A DNA stretch of 46,419 nt from Octopus bimaculoides (taxonomy: Eukaryota). The stretch spans positions 74,489,960-74,536,378 of the forward strand of contig NC_068989.1 in NCBI RefSeq assembly GCF_001194135.2, read 5' to 3'. Positions 1-11,741 of the stretch are shown piece after piece; position 1 is the first letter of the stretch; every line of letters starts with the position of its first letter. The notes below the pieces were generated by a model, which had not been told where the DNA came from, did no database searches, and saw nothing but the letters and a program-made list of their open reading frames with translations. The translations under genes and the position numbers were made by a program.

Positions 1-41
<41 letters not shown>

Positions 42-63
42 TATGTACATACATATATATATA
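1..63. repeat. (AT)n microsatellite
   Basis: Direct reading of the sequence. Confidence 0.95.
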
Positions 64-625
64 TGCGCAGATATTTATATGCACCAATGGAATGAACAAA
101 TCCGTATTATTAGCTATGATCTTCCCCCCTCTCCACTCTTTATTGGTTTGGGGAATAATACCTGAGAAAACACGTGATATTTTCAGAATCTCAGAAAAAA
201 AGGAACTCGCTTTTAGCATTCAATAATCAACCAGATTACGTATTCAGAGCAACAATGAATCTTAATATATTCTCATCCAGTAGGCTTCCAAATAACATGG
301 AAACGTACCGTGATAGCTTGTAATATAAGGATATTAGGAAAAAAACATAGGAATGAAATTCAATTCTGAACACTAATTCCGCCATATTGTTACTTGAATA
401 TTAGCTTAGAGAAATATTTCGTCTCTAAAACCTCCGACTTTAATATTTTTGTGAAGCAGCAGGCTTCTCGACCAAAGATTCAATAGGTAGAAGCATCCCT
501 TTTCCTTCCAATACCTGTCTGCTTTATTTCTTTATCCACATTTATTAAACATGCATCGAGTTGAACCAATGAATTGGTGCCAGGCATCGCAGGCGGTATT
601 TAGAAACTGGAATAGAATAATGTAT

Positions 626-731
<106 letters not shown>

Positions 732-1136
732 GTCTCTACTTGCCAGTATACACATTTACATTTGTACATACATATATATGTTTGTGCGTGTGCGTGCGGG
801 TACGTATATTCATCTGTATACACATGTTGATATATACATTCATACATACACACATATATGTATATATGTGTTGTAGATGCTTGTATGAGAACAAGAGAGG
901 GGTGGATGGAGTAGAGAGTGGGGAGAGGGAGAGGGAGGAATATGAAGAGGGGGGATGAAGAGCAGGAGGTGAAGATCGGAAAATCGAAGAATACATTTGA
1001 GATTGTTAGAGGATGAAGGAGAATGCCGCATTCACGGAGTCAGATTTGCCGTTCAATGACGATAATTTCACACCAAGAGACATTAATGAGATGTGTATGC
1101 CTGTCCTTTATTTCTAGCTTATGGACAAAATTTCAT

Positions 1137-1215
1137 TAATTTTTGTCTCCGTTTCATCACGTACCACTACCAATAACACCAATGAAGACGTTAAGAACTT
1201 CGACTCCGACCATCT
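1137..1215 (+). repeat. 79-bp segment duplicated in inverted orientation at 2445-2523
   Basis: Ungapped manual alignment to the reverse complement of 2445-2523, 8 mismatches in 79. Confidence 0.9.
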
Positions 1216-1429
1216 GAAAACATACTATCAAGTTACCAACAGCATACAAGATCGTTTTAAATAATGATTTCAATACCACAGTCAAAAAGTATAAAAAAGA
1301 AAACGAAATTAGATCTTGAGTGAACCAATAAAGTGGAAATCATAGTTCTCTCGTATCTTAAATGAGTGTAGAGAATACTTCAATGATAACACAGTTATGG
1401 CTTCTAAATAATCCTTTCTACTATAGGCA

Positions 1430-1627
1430 CACGGCCTGGATTTTGTGGGGAGGGAGACAGTCGATTATATCGACCTCAGTACTCTACTGGTACTTAATTT
1501 ATCGTCCCCAAAAGGATGAAAGACAAAGTTGACTACGGCGGAATTTGAACTCAGAACGTAGCGACGGGCGAAATACCGCTAAGCATTTCGCCCGGCGTTC
1601 TAACAATTCTGCCAACTCACCGCCTTA
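1430..1627 (-). mobile_element. tRNA-derived SINE, family A (AAGGCGGCGAGCTGGCAGAA head)
   Basis: Minus strand has A-box-like TGGCAGAATTG, B-box-like GTTCAAATTCC and body CTTTCATCCTT-GGG-CGATAAA; matches copies at 9588, 9792 and 25102. Confidence 0.9.
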
Positions 1628-2129
1628 TGGCTTCTAAAGAATGTTGAAGTAGCCAAGCTCCAAGCGTCAGCATAACTTTGAATATGTCATCACTCGACAG
1701 TGTTATAAGAGAGACATTTTTCTCATTAAAGAAAGAAGAAAATGTGGTTCGAATGGAACCAAACTTCTTATTAGTCAGTCCAATGTCGTTAACGATTTTT
1801 TCTCTTAGAAAATTCAAAATCTTGTAAACTTAAGACGTAATTGGTCCTAAAACAATTCCATGAAATCAGAAAATAAAAACGAAGTAACGTTTCAGACAAG
1901 ACCAAAAATTGTTGAAAAATGGGTTTGACAACTAACCATCAGCACAGAAACAACTGAGAAAATAATCGGCCTTGCAGGAAAGAAGAATCGGGAATTAGTT
2001 TAAAGGTGAGTAACGAAGTAATACTGAATCGTTTTTTTGCAATAAGGGCAAACCCACGTATTCTTTGCGAGCGCTTGAATATTGTTAGGTGATGTAAGAA
2101 AGCACTTCAGCAATATGTTCATACAGAGA

Positions 2130-2177
2130 AACACAAAGACACACAGAAACACACACAAGCACTAACACACACACATA

Positions 2178-2209
<32 letters not shown>

Positions 2210-2382
2210 TACACACACACGCGCGCACACATATACTCTCACACATGAACACACAAACCTGCATGCACACGGACACACAGACACACACAAAAACAGACAC
2301 AAGCACACATATATCGAGAGAGAGAGAGAAGAAAGATGAGAGAAAGAGAGAGAGAGAAGAAAAGATGAGAGAAAGAGAGAGT
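2130..2382. repeat. Imperfect (CA)n followed by (GA)n microsatellites
   Basis: Direct reading. Confidence 0.9.
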
Positions 2383-2444
2383 GAGGTATATATTGAAAGG
2401 TAAAGAAACGATCAATAACATTAATTTGACGCTCACAGAAATGA

Positions 2445-2523
2445 AGATGGTAGGAGTTGAAGTTCTTAACGTCTTCATTGTTGTCATTGGTACTGGAACC
2501 TGATGAAACGGAGATAAAAATTA
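2445..2523 (-). repeat. Inverted copy of 1137-1215 flanked by 20-bp direct repeats (2428-2447 and 2524-2543)
   Basis: GACGCTCACA(G/C)AAATGAAGA lies on both sides of the inverted copy. Confidence 0.85.
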
Positions 2524-3019
2524 GACGCTCACACAAATGAAGAGTGTATGACGTTTTGGGTATAATTTTTTTTCACACTATGGTGTAACATGAGAAACGA
2601 GAAGGAAACAGTAGAAAGAACGTAAATATATACCACATTGCAAATGAACATTTGGTTCACCGCATATGTCCAGTTAATTCAGCACATTTTCCATGTACGA
2701 AATTGTACTCAGTTCATATTCGTTTATCAGTGTATATAACACAAGATATACCTTAGGCACTCTCAGTAGGACCGAACAAAACGAACCATAATGCTCAAAT
2801 CCATGACAATAGCTGGAAAATATTTCAATAACAGGAAAATATTTCGTAATTTCGATAGAAAACAATCTATAATTTTCAGCCCAGCACACGCGCACACGCT
2901 CGCACACTTGCAAATACATCACGGATATATACACATATATATATGTGAATATGTATGTATGTGTCGCATATACAGATGCACGTACACACATATACTCAAT
3001 ATATAATATATATGTACAT

Positions 3020-3022
3020 ACA

Positions 3023-3077
<55 letters not shown>

Positions 3078-3340
3078 NNNNNNNNNNNNNNNNNNNNNNN
3101 NNNNNNNNNNNNNNNNNNNNNNNNNNNNNNNNNNNNNNNNNNNNNNNNNNNNNNNNNNNNNNNNNNNNNNNNNNNNNNNNNNNNNNNNNNNNNNNNNNNN
3201 NNNNNNNNNNNNNNNNNNNNNNNNNNNNNNNNNNNNNNNNNNNNNNNNNNNNNNNNNNNNNNNNNNNNNNNNNNNNNNNNNNNNNNNNNNNNNNNNNNNN
3301 NNNNNNNNNNNNNNNNNNNNNNNNNNNNNNNNNNNNNNNN

Positions 3341-3410
<70 letters not shown>
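3020..3410. repeat. (TA)n - assembly gap - (GT)n
   Basis: Direct reading; N run at 3078-3340. Confidence 0.9.
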
Positions 3411-3799
3411 AAATATATATACATGCACTGCGAAATATTATTCTATGAACAGTCTATAAATTTTGCTGCTTAAACAATTTGGCACCGAATACTGCCTGCT
3501 AGGAATAAATAATTCTTTAATTACCTAATCGCTAATCATTAGTCAAAAGCTGAATCACATTCCATCGTGTTGGGATTTGATAAAATTACGTAATAATTTA
3601 CAAATTTAAATTAAACGGGATAAAATTTTGAGGATTATGTAAAGTAAATATATTTACTGTCTTCGTAACAATTTTTCCTCGTTGGAATTAAATTTCAGAG
3701 TTTGCAAGTTTCAGGGACATATATTCTATCAACAATAATTTTATAATTTTGAGAAAATTTTAAAAAATTCATAGTAACAACAATAACTATAATAATAAG

Positions 3800-5811
3800 A
3801 ATACCATCAACGAATAGATTGATTAAAGCTTGCATCATCTATATAGGAACTATGCAGTGAAAGAATCTAGCTAGAAATGAAGGATAAAGCAATCAATGAG
3901 TGAACTACGAAAACATATCAACACTCTAAAAAGAAAGAAACAAGGTGAAATCAGAGATAAGGAAAAATACCAGAAACTAGAACGCTGATATAAAATCAAG
4001 ATAAAGGGTCTTTGATGAACTGAAACAAAGACTACAGGCGAAAGTTACAAAGCTTAAGAGATATAATCAAAGAATTGAACAATGGAAGGTGGATTGATTG
4101 TTCCAAAAGGATCAGAAAAGGGTTTATCAGGAGTTGAACGAAAGTGAGAAACGTGATGCTGAAGAAAGTAGGTTTTGTAGTATCATCTGGAAAATATCAT
4201 AAGAAAGATGCTTAATGATTAAGATTGGCGAAAAATGGAATAAAACACGAGCAGACAAATATGGGCTCCAAACTGGTCTGGATGGAGTACAAAGGTACTT
4301 GATGAAAAGTTTTCCAACATTACATAAAAGAATAGATGCGCAAATGGATAAAATGATGAACAGCGGGGTGGAAATCATGAAGCAGCTGACAACAGTGAAT
4401 AATACTTCTTTACCAAAAGGATTCTTGTAAAAGTAATACAGTGGATAATTATCTGCCAACCTTCTCTCTACGTCTGATGTGAAAGTTGATGGCATGAATA
4501 ATATTGAATTGTGTATTTGACTTTCTCGAATTTAATTACAAGCTGTAAGTGGAACAGAAGGAATGCAAGAGGAAAGGTCGAGGGACAAAAGGCTAATTTC
4601 TTATAGACAGAATGTTGCTGAACGATTGTACAAAGAACATACTAATATGGGTATAGTGTGGATCGATTATAAAAAAACAGCTTATGACATGGTCACCATT
4701 CCTGGATTTTAGAGCGTCTTAAGTTGGAACATACGTCTGATAATATTTTGAATTTTATCAGAAGATTGGTAACGAACTCGCAAACAGTTACCATCATGTG
4801 GAGAAACTTTGGCGAACGTTAACATCAGGCGAGGCAAAATTCAGGGTGATAATCTGTCACCATTGCTGTCTGTAATTTGTATATCATTCATACAGATATT
4901 ACGGTAAGTGACATTAGGGTGCACCTTCAAATATGAAGTAAATTTGAATCATCTCTTGTATATGGATGACTTGGAAGAGAAAGAAGAGACCAGCAATTGG
5001 ATGTAGTTAAGGAAAAGTGACCTGAAAGGATGCACAGAGATAGTTTTGCAGTGCTCAAAAGCAAGTTTTAAGAACTAATTACACCAAGTTCCACGTAGAA
5101 TCACCTCTTTGTAGGATACGTTGCATCAAAAATGGAACGTATCCTACAAATGAAACACATCTCACATACATATTGTGAGTGAGTGTTACGAAGTGGCCCT
5201 AAAGGAATTACAAAAGGTGGCATGATAATGTAGTTAGGTATGTTCGTTAGTGATTGTGTAAGAAGTATGGTTTTATACGGATGTTGAAATAGTGAGCATA
5301 AGCCAGTAGGTGTTGCCGAGAATAATGAGTATAAGATCCTGTGGGCTTTTATATTCTAGTGTGATTCAATGGCTGATGCTCAAAGACATTGTTGTAGTTA
5401 ACAAAACAATGAAGGCAAGCAAATTATTTAGTATTTCAGTACATGAGGATGTCCGGATGTGGAAAACACGAATGTGAGCAATGAAGAAACGTAACTATCA
5501 TCCCAGTAGTTGAAAGCGCATTAGAAGCGTTAACAACCAGGTTTGAAAATTTTGTGGGAGAAAATGTGATTAACATGAGAGTAGAACATACTAAAAAATT
5601 GCTTCATGGGGACACAAAGAATTTTGAGATGAGTTCCTGGATGCTAAGTATCGTGTAAAAAGACCCCCTGAGACCCTTGAGAAAAGGTTGTTGTTCGGTC
5701 TTATAAAATTAGTCACTGGGGGTGAAATCGAGGGCTCCGAGCAGTGAAATGTACAACAAAAACTACAACAACAACAACAATAACAATAATAATAATAATA
5801 ATAATAATAAC
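3800..5811 (+). mobile_element. R4/Dong-like RLE non-LTR retrotransposon, 5'-truncated, internally deleted, decayed
   Basis: Frameshifted peptides ELKQRLQAKVTKLKRYNQRIEQ, GLDGVQRYLMKSF, WIDYKK-AYDMV, RRGKIQGDNLSPLL and NHLLYMDDL (RT), then CCHC-knuckle and RLE remnants, a 3' UTR and an (AAC/AAT)n tail. Confidence 0.85.
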
Positions 5812-5872
5812 TGTCGTCTTCGCAGCAGCAGGAGCCATAGTAGTTGTAGCAGCAACATCAGCAACAACAGCG

Positions 5873-5961
<89 letters not shown>

Positions 5962-6025
5962 AAGAAGAAGAAGAAGAAGAAGAAGAAGAAGAAGAAGAAG
6001 AAGAAGAAGAAGAAGAAGAAGAAGA
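5762..6025. repeat. Compound trinucleotide microsatellite (AAC)(AAT)-(AGC/AAC)-(AGT)n(AAG)n
   Basis: Direct reading; explains the poly-N/S/K ORFs. Confidence 0.95.
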
Positions 6026-6099
6026 CCTTCTTATCGCGGCAATACATGAAGGAGTATTCAAAGTATTTAAATAATTCAAGAAAAGGAAACAAGGAAGAC

Positions 6100-6810
6100 G
6101 TGGAAACTTTGAGAAGTTATATTCAATTCTTTTTTCAAAAAGTTAAAAGCAATGGGTTAACAAGTAATGTCTGGATAAGGCTACACAGAGATGTATTGAT
6201 AAAAGAGACCGAGGGAATGATTTTCGTAACACAGGATCTGTTCGTAAGGGCAAATATGGATCAAGACAAGAAAATGATAGCACAGTAGTTGTTGGCACTC
6301 CGTCGCTTACGACGTCGAGAGTTCCAGTTGATCCGATCAACGGATCAGCCTGCTCGTGAAATTAACGTGCAAGTGGCTGAGCACTCCACAGACACGTGTA
6401 CCCTTAACGTAGTTCTCGGGGATATTCAGCGTGACACAGTGTGACAAGGCTGACCCTTTGAATTACAGGCACAACAGAAACAGGAAGTAAGAGTGAGAGA
6501 AATTTGTGGTGGAAGAGTACAGCAGGGTTCGCCATCATCCCCTGCTGGAGCCTCGTGGAACTTTTAGGTGTTTTCGCTCAATAAACACTCACAACACCCG
6601 ATCTGGGAATCGAAACCGCGATCCTATGACCGCGAGTCCGCTGCCCTAACCACTGGGCCATTGCGCCTCCACAGCACAGTAGTAGTGTTTACCCAAATGT
6701 AGAATCTGCGATAATTCAGATACGACTATAGCTATGAATGTTCAGAATGAATTTTGGCGCAGAAAGAATGCTTATGTCCCACTGGTTCATGGGGACTTTA
6801 GGAATCTATC
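6100..6810 (+). mobile_element. R4/Dong-like LINE fragment interrupted by a SINE
   Basis: WIRLHRDVLIKETEGMIFVTQD resembles the W-L--G-LK-ETEG-I-AAQDQ motif; PKCRIC follows after the SINE. Confidence 0.6.
6290..6672 (-). mobile_element. tRNA(Arg)-like SINE, family B (OR-type), full length, 11-bp TSD
   Basis: Head GTGGAGGCGCAATGGCCCAGTGGTTAGG...GGTTTCGATTCCC; short CAA tail; TSD AGCACAGTAGT at 6279-6289 and 6673-6683; near-identical to 11392 and 42240 copies. Confidence 0.95.
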
Positions 6811-8167
6811 TTTAAGTGTTTGTATTTTGAAAAGAGTATTAACTTTATGACTATGAAGAGGTTTTGTGATGATATAAAGTAAATACACATACCTCATTTA
6901 TGGCAACGTGAAAACTTTTAAATGTATAGAATAAATATTGTTTCATTTATTTATGTAATTTGATCATTTGTATATACAAATAATTATGATATGTAGGATT
7001 TTATACGATTATAACCTGAATTCAGATGCGTTATATATCTCTTGATACTGAATACCAGAATTAAAAGATGGGAGAACAGAGAAACAGAGAAGGTCAGACA
7101 GAAGGAACGAGTGGAATAAAGAAGGAAAGATAATCATGGAGTGACAGGGGTAACAGAGTCGATAAATACCTTATAAAATTACGTTTGGTCTTTACGTATT
7201 GAGATAGAAATCTCGTAAATAAAGAATGTGTAGCTCAACATCGTTATGTTGTTATATATTTAAAAGTGATTGTCCACCGAAATATTATGTAACAGTATCT
7301 TCTAAACATCTGTAGAAATAACAAACTTTCACTCTTACCTTACGTCAAAATGCTGCACGCTGAGAAAATATTCATATTTAACTATCGATTTAATTACATG
7401 AAATATTTCTCTGTTCGCTATTGAAACATTTGTCTACAGAAAGAGTAATTATTGCAACAGCTGCAGCAACAACGCTATTTTGATGCTTTTAGCTGAAATT
7501 TAGCATGTTAAGCTGGTAAATCAAGCTTCAGTTTTTAAAAGGTATTAACTGATAAAATGCCGTAAGTTACAACGTGTGGTATTATAACAGTGCTTGAAGC
7601 GTATCTAGCAAATTTTTAATCAATGAATACTTTAATACTTTTCCCAACAACTTATACCCTTAGATGGAGCTAAGTTCAGCTCTGTGGTTTCATAAAACAT
7701 CCGCCAGTCATATAGTGCTCTCAATATCTATGTTCGTGAGTTGTACTGGTACCCATTTTTCCAGAGTTCAATGAGACATGAAGAGCTGCGTATCATAACA
7801 AGAATTCTGATCTTTAGTTGATATATCAACGCTTTATGGACATTAATTAATATTCACATTTATTTTAAAGTTACTAAAATACCATAGTTTTTTGGTCGTT
7901 CAAACACCTTGGACAAATAAATATATATATCACTTATTAATCGTTTCAAAATTCTTTAAATTACCAGAAATTTCTAGTCGACGTACTTACAAGATTTTTA
8001 ACTTAACTGTGGCATAAATGTTTTTGTAAGATCTTTAGTTCATGTCAAAAAAATAGATGCCAATTAGGTTTTGGCAATTTAATATTCTCATCAGGCTTAA
8101 TATGCAATTTTGTATATCTATTTATAACTGACTAGTAATGATATTTTAATAAGTTCGTTGAAAATAA

Positions 8168-9338
8168 TGACCTATTTCAATATATTTTGATATGAAACAC
8201 TGCGTAAAAACAAATGCAACATAGACGTGTTATATCGACTATCGAAGACATTTAATTATAATCCAAAGTGACATTTCTACAATTTTCTAAAAGGCACTGG
8301 ATTCTATAATTTAAACTGTGATGGCTAGTGTAGATTTGACCACTCATTTCAGACATTAACTACTCTATTATTCTTAAATTATCATTTATTATTCTATTGT
8401 TCTTAAAATATCTTTTACTAAATATATCCTTCCAAACGCTCTTTCAATAAATATTTCTCAATCACCTTTAGACGGCGTACAATCCATATTTGTTGAACAA
8501 TTGCAGATTCAATGCATTTATATATCCATAAGTAGAAACATAAAATATTTTTTTTTTATATTACTATTGTCCATTCATCATAATTTATTTTGTCATATCG
8601 TCCTGCTAGCTTCCTCTTGAGCATTTCTCTAGATTTGATGATGTAGCTCAAAGCTTCTGAAAGAAAGTAACATTTGTCGTATAAGATTGATTTAACTGCT
8701 AGCAGTTATGGTTTATATCATTTAATTTATTATTCCCTTTGTTGTAAGTCATCGAAATTTTCCAAGAATACCCTTTACAACCATTATGAAATCCAGCATT
8801 TGCTGCATATTATACTTTTGTTAAGTATTTTCATCTCAAGATACAAATTACTGAGTGGAAACTTCATTTCGAATCGGGTTTATGTTTCATGAATCGTTAT
8901 GGAAGCACGACATAAATTTAGAAGACTGGCGAACAACATTTTGACAGCGACATTTTAATTCTTTTGAGATCAAATTTCCTGGTCAGTTGAAATAGTTCAT
9001 TATTCTCATTGGAAATGTACAAATATCTGCCTTTTACAGTCTGTATCTGATAATAGTTCAACAAAGGTCTTGAAGGAAATACACAGATGTTTTCCTTTCT
9101 TTCTTCCTTTTGCTTTGCCAGCAGCGAGGCCAGCTAATCTAAAATCCCACCATTTAAGAAATGCAACAGTATGTATCAAAACTAAAATTGAAGAATTCAG
9201 CATTTCACTTTTAGAAAATTGTATGGATGTCTCTTTGGGTTATAATTAAATGTCGTTGATAGTCGATAGAACACGTCTACGTTGCATTTGTTTTGACGCA
9301 GCCTTCGATATCAATATATATCGAAATAAGAACATTGC
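8168..9338 (-). mobile_element. Unclassified element bounded by about 130-bp inverted repeats, containing a decayed ORF
   Basis: 8200-8293 versus the reverse complement of 9208-9301: 10 mismatches in 94, similarity extends outward; possible 9-bp TSD TGAAAATAA at 8159-8167 and 9339-9347. Confidence 0.5.
8918..9133 (-). pseudogene. Stop-to-stop 71-codon frame of unknown identity (LASLLAKQKEERKENICVFPSRPLLNYYQ...)
   Basis: Open frame in very AT-rich DNA; further protein-like pieces downstream (LLAVKSILYDKCYFLSEALSYIIKSREMLKRKLAGRYDKINYDEW, about 8560-8705). No family recognised. Confidence 0.3.
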
Positions 9339-9587
9339 TGAAAATAAAGAACAATCAAATTCAAATATTTTTCCATATTTGAATCCATTTTCAGAGAGAT
9401 TTAAACAAACATTTATAGAATTTCAAAATAAATTAGAATTTTTTCTTAGAAACAACAAAAATTGTTTGTTTTTCCAATTTTTTGGCGTATGACATTGCAT
9501 GCTTCCTTAATGAATGCATCTACATGCCAAGGGAGTTTATGAGTTATTCCCCGTAACTCATATTTTTCAGTAATGTAAACAATCCTG

Positions 9588-9783
9588 AAGGCAGCGAACT
9601 GGCAGAATCGCAAGCACGTCCGGTGAATGGAGGTAGTGGAATTTCGTCCGTCCTCAGATTCTTAGTTCAAATTCCACCGAGGTAGACTTTGCCTTTCATC
9701 CCTTCCGATTGACAAAAAAATGTACAAGTTGAGCACTGGGGTCGATATAATTGACTTAACCCTTGTGTCAAAATTTGAAACCA
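9588..9783 (+). mobile_element. SINE family A, diverged copy
   Basis: AAGGCAGCGAACTGGCAGAATCG head, GTTCAAATTCC, CTTTGCCTTTCATCC body. Confidence 0.85.
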
Positions 9784-9791
9784 ATAATGTT

Positions 9792-9999
9792 AAGGCCGGG
9801 AGAAATGCTTAGCGGTATTTCGTCTGCCGTTACGTTCTGAGTTCAAAATCCGCCAAGGTCAACTTTGCCTTTCATCCTTTCGGGGTCGATTAAATAATTA
9901 CCAGTTACACCCTGGGGTCGGTGTAATCGACTTAATCCCTTTGTCTGTTCTTGTTTATCCCCTCTGTGTTTAGCCCCCTGTGGGCAATAAAGAAATAAA
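9792..9999 (+). mobile_element. SINE family A, 5'-truncated copy in tandem with the previous one
   Basis: Lacks the A box; body and 3' end match the reverse complement of 25102-25331. Confidence 0.9.
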
Positions 10000-10434
10000 T
10001 AATGTTAATTTTACTGGTCAAAACATTTTTAAAATACTTTTTCTACCACTCGCTCGTAAAAGAATTAAATTTTTTTACTCCTAAGTGATAATGTGATTTC
10101 ATTTTGGCCTTATGTAGTCATTGTCAAGGTAAATTTTCTGCGGTAGGTAGAGCTCTTCTGAATGATAATTATGCAGCAGGGTAAATCTGGAGTTGTTTGA
10201 TATTTCAGAATTCAGTCATGCGTGTAGTACTTTGTAATCAGTCGTGCGTGTATATAGGTGTGTCAGCTTCAGTCTCAAGCTTCCTTTCGCAGGGAGAGGT
10301 GACAAAAAATGCTGATACGTGGGGATGTTAGCTGACCAGTAGTTAGTCAGAAAATAGTATAGGTAGGTTAGAATGTTGTTGGTTAGCAGTTTGTCAGAAA
10401 ACAATATAGATAGGTTAGTATATCAGTTGGTCAG

Positions 10435-10487
10435 CTAAGCATTTTGCCCGATGTGCTAATGACCCTTCTAGCTTGCTGCCTTATTAG
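10435..10487 (-). mobile_element. SINE family A head fragment
   Basis: Reverse complement reads TAAGGCAGCAAGCTAGAAGGGTCATTAGCACATCGGGCAAAATGCTTAGC. Confidence 0.65.
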
Positions 10488-11391
10488 GTAGATTATGGTA
10501 TAAGGGAGATATGGATAGTAGTATTAACAGAGCGAGCTTAGAGCCTGCTCACCCTCTATTGGCATGTTGCCAATATCCATTTTAGCTTCTATATGCGATT
10601 ATGTATTTATACAGCACACTTAAAACGCACATATAAATTTCATTATATCAACAGGGTCTTTTTTAGGTTTCATAAACGAAAAGTAAAATCGAAGGGGGAA
10701 GTATACAGTAGTCTACAACGGCATTAATATATATAAATAATACATTTCGGGTGAGAGTTCGGTAATTTGATCTGCTGTAAATAATAAAAGATCCAACGTT
10801 TCAACAATGGTCCTCTGTTTGCGAGTGGCGAATATAGGGAACTATTATCGCATATGCACATCTGACGAACGCTTTACGCTTTAATTATATAAAAATAACT
10901 GTAAAATAGATAAACGTAGAGTGATGTCTTAGTGTTGCACAAAGAAACAGACTTGCAAGCAGGCTAGCTTATATAATTCAATAAAATAACGCAAATGACT
11001 TAATTAACTTAATGTTATTATTGTTAATGTTTCCTATCTCTTTTGTATTTTCTCTTGTTAATGTTGTTTTATATTGCATTTTCTCTTGTTATTATTGTTG
11101 TTATGTTATTATTACTGTTTCTCTTACATACATGCTAGGTTTACATGATCTTATCAACGATGACTAACGTGGCTCAGCCATAAGGTTAGATTTTCTAATC
11201 GGGTCACGAGAAACCTAGCATAATACAAGCGGACACAAAAGGACATATGAGCACAACATGGTGTCAACGGTTATTGAGATATAGTGTACCAAAACATAAG
11301 AAAATAATGAACAAGGACAAGGTTGCTATGCAATCACCGGAAGAGATGGTTAAATGTTTGCGCTTTAGCCCTGTTAGTGTTAGCTTATCTG

Positions 11392-11741
11392 AGTGGATGC
11401 GCAATGGCCCAGTGGTTAGGGCAGCGGACCGGGCGTTGTGAGTGTTTATTGAGCAAAAACACCTAAAGTTCCACGAGGCTCCTGCAGGGGATGCTGGTGA
11501 ACCCTGCTGTACTCTTTCACCACAACTTTCTATCACTCTTACTTCCTGTTTCTGTTGTGCCTGTAATTCAAAGGGTCAGCCTTGTCACGCTGAATATCCC
11601 CTAGAACTACGTTAAGGGTACACGTGTCTGTAGAGTGCTCAGCCACTTGCACGTTAATTTCACGAGCAGGCTGTTCCGTTGATCGGATCAACTGGAGCCC
11701 TCGACGTCGTAAGCGACGGAGTGCCAACAACAACAACAAAA
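11392..11741 (+). mobile_element. SINE family B with a 35-bp deletion removing the B box, 16-bp TSD
   Basis: TSD AGTGTTAGCTTATCTG at 11376-11391 and 11742-11757; (CAA)n tail; deletion junction at 11429/11430. Confidence 0.95.

Noticed and set aside
2500-2512. CTGATGA motif (also 4159, 8088 minus, 10862, 23149 minus, 23702, 34304 and 46231)
   Set aside because: No stem II followed by GAAA and UH in the right geometry; several lie inside TE coding sequence.
5722-6288. 188-aa ORF with poly-N, poly-S and poly-K tracts (and similar long ORFs at 545-958, 14747-15145 and 15834-15925)
   Set aside because: Reading frames pass through stop-free microsatellites; the non-repetitive remainder is LINE debris or unrecognisable.
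6595-6672. tRNA-like sequence (also 42545-42623)
   Set aside because: It is the SINE head: no complete acceptor stem, and it continues into the SINE body with TSDs.
10346-10419. Imperfect 47-bp tandem duplication
   Set aside because: Two diverged units only; ordinary slippage.
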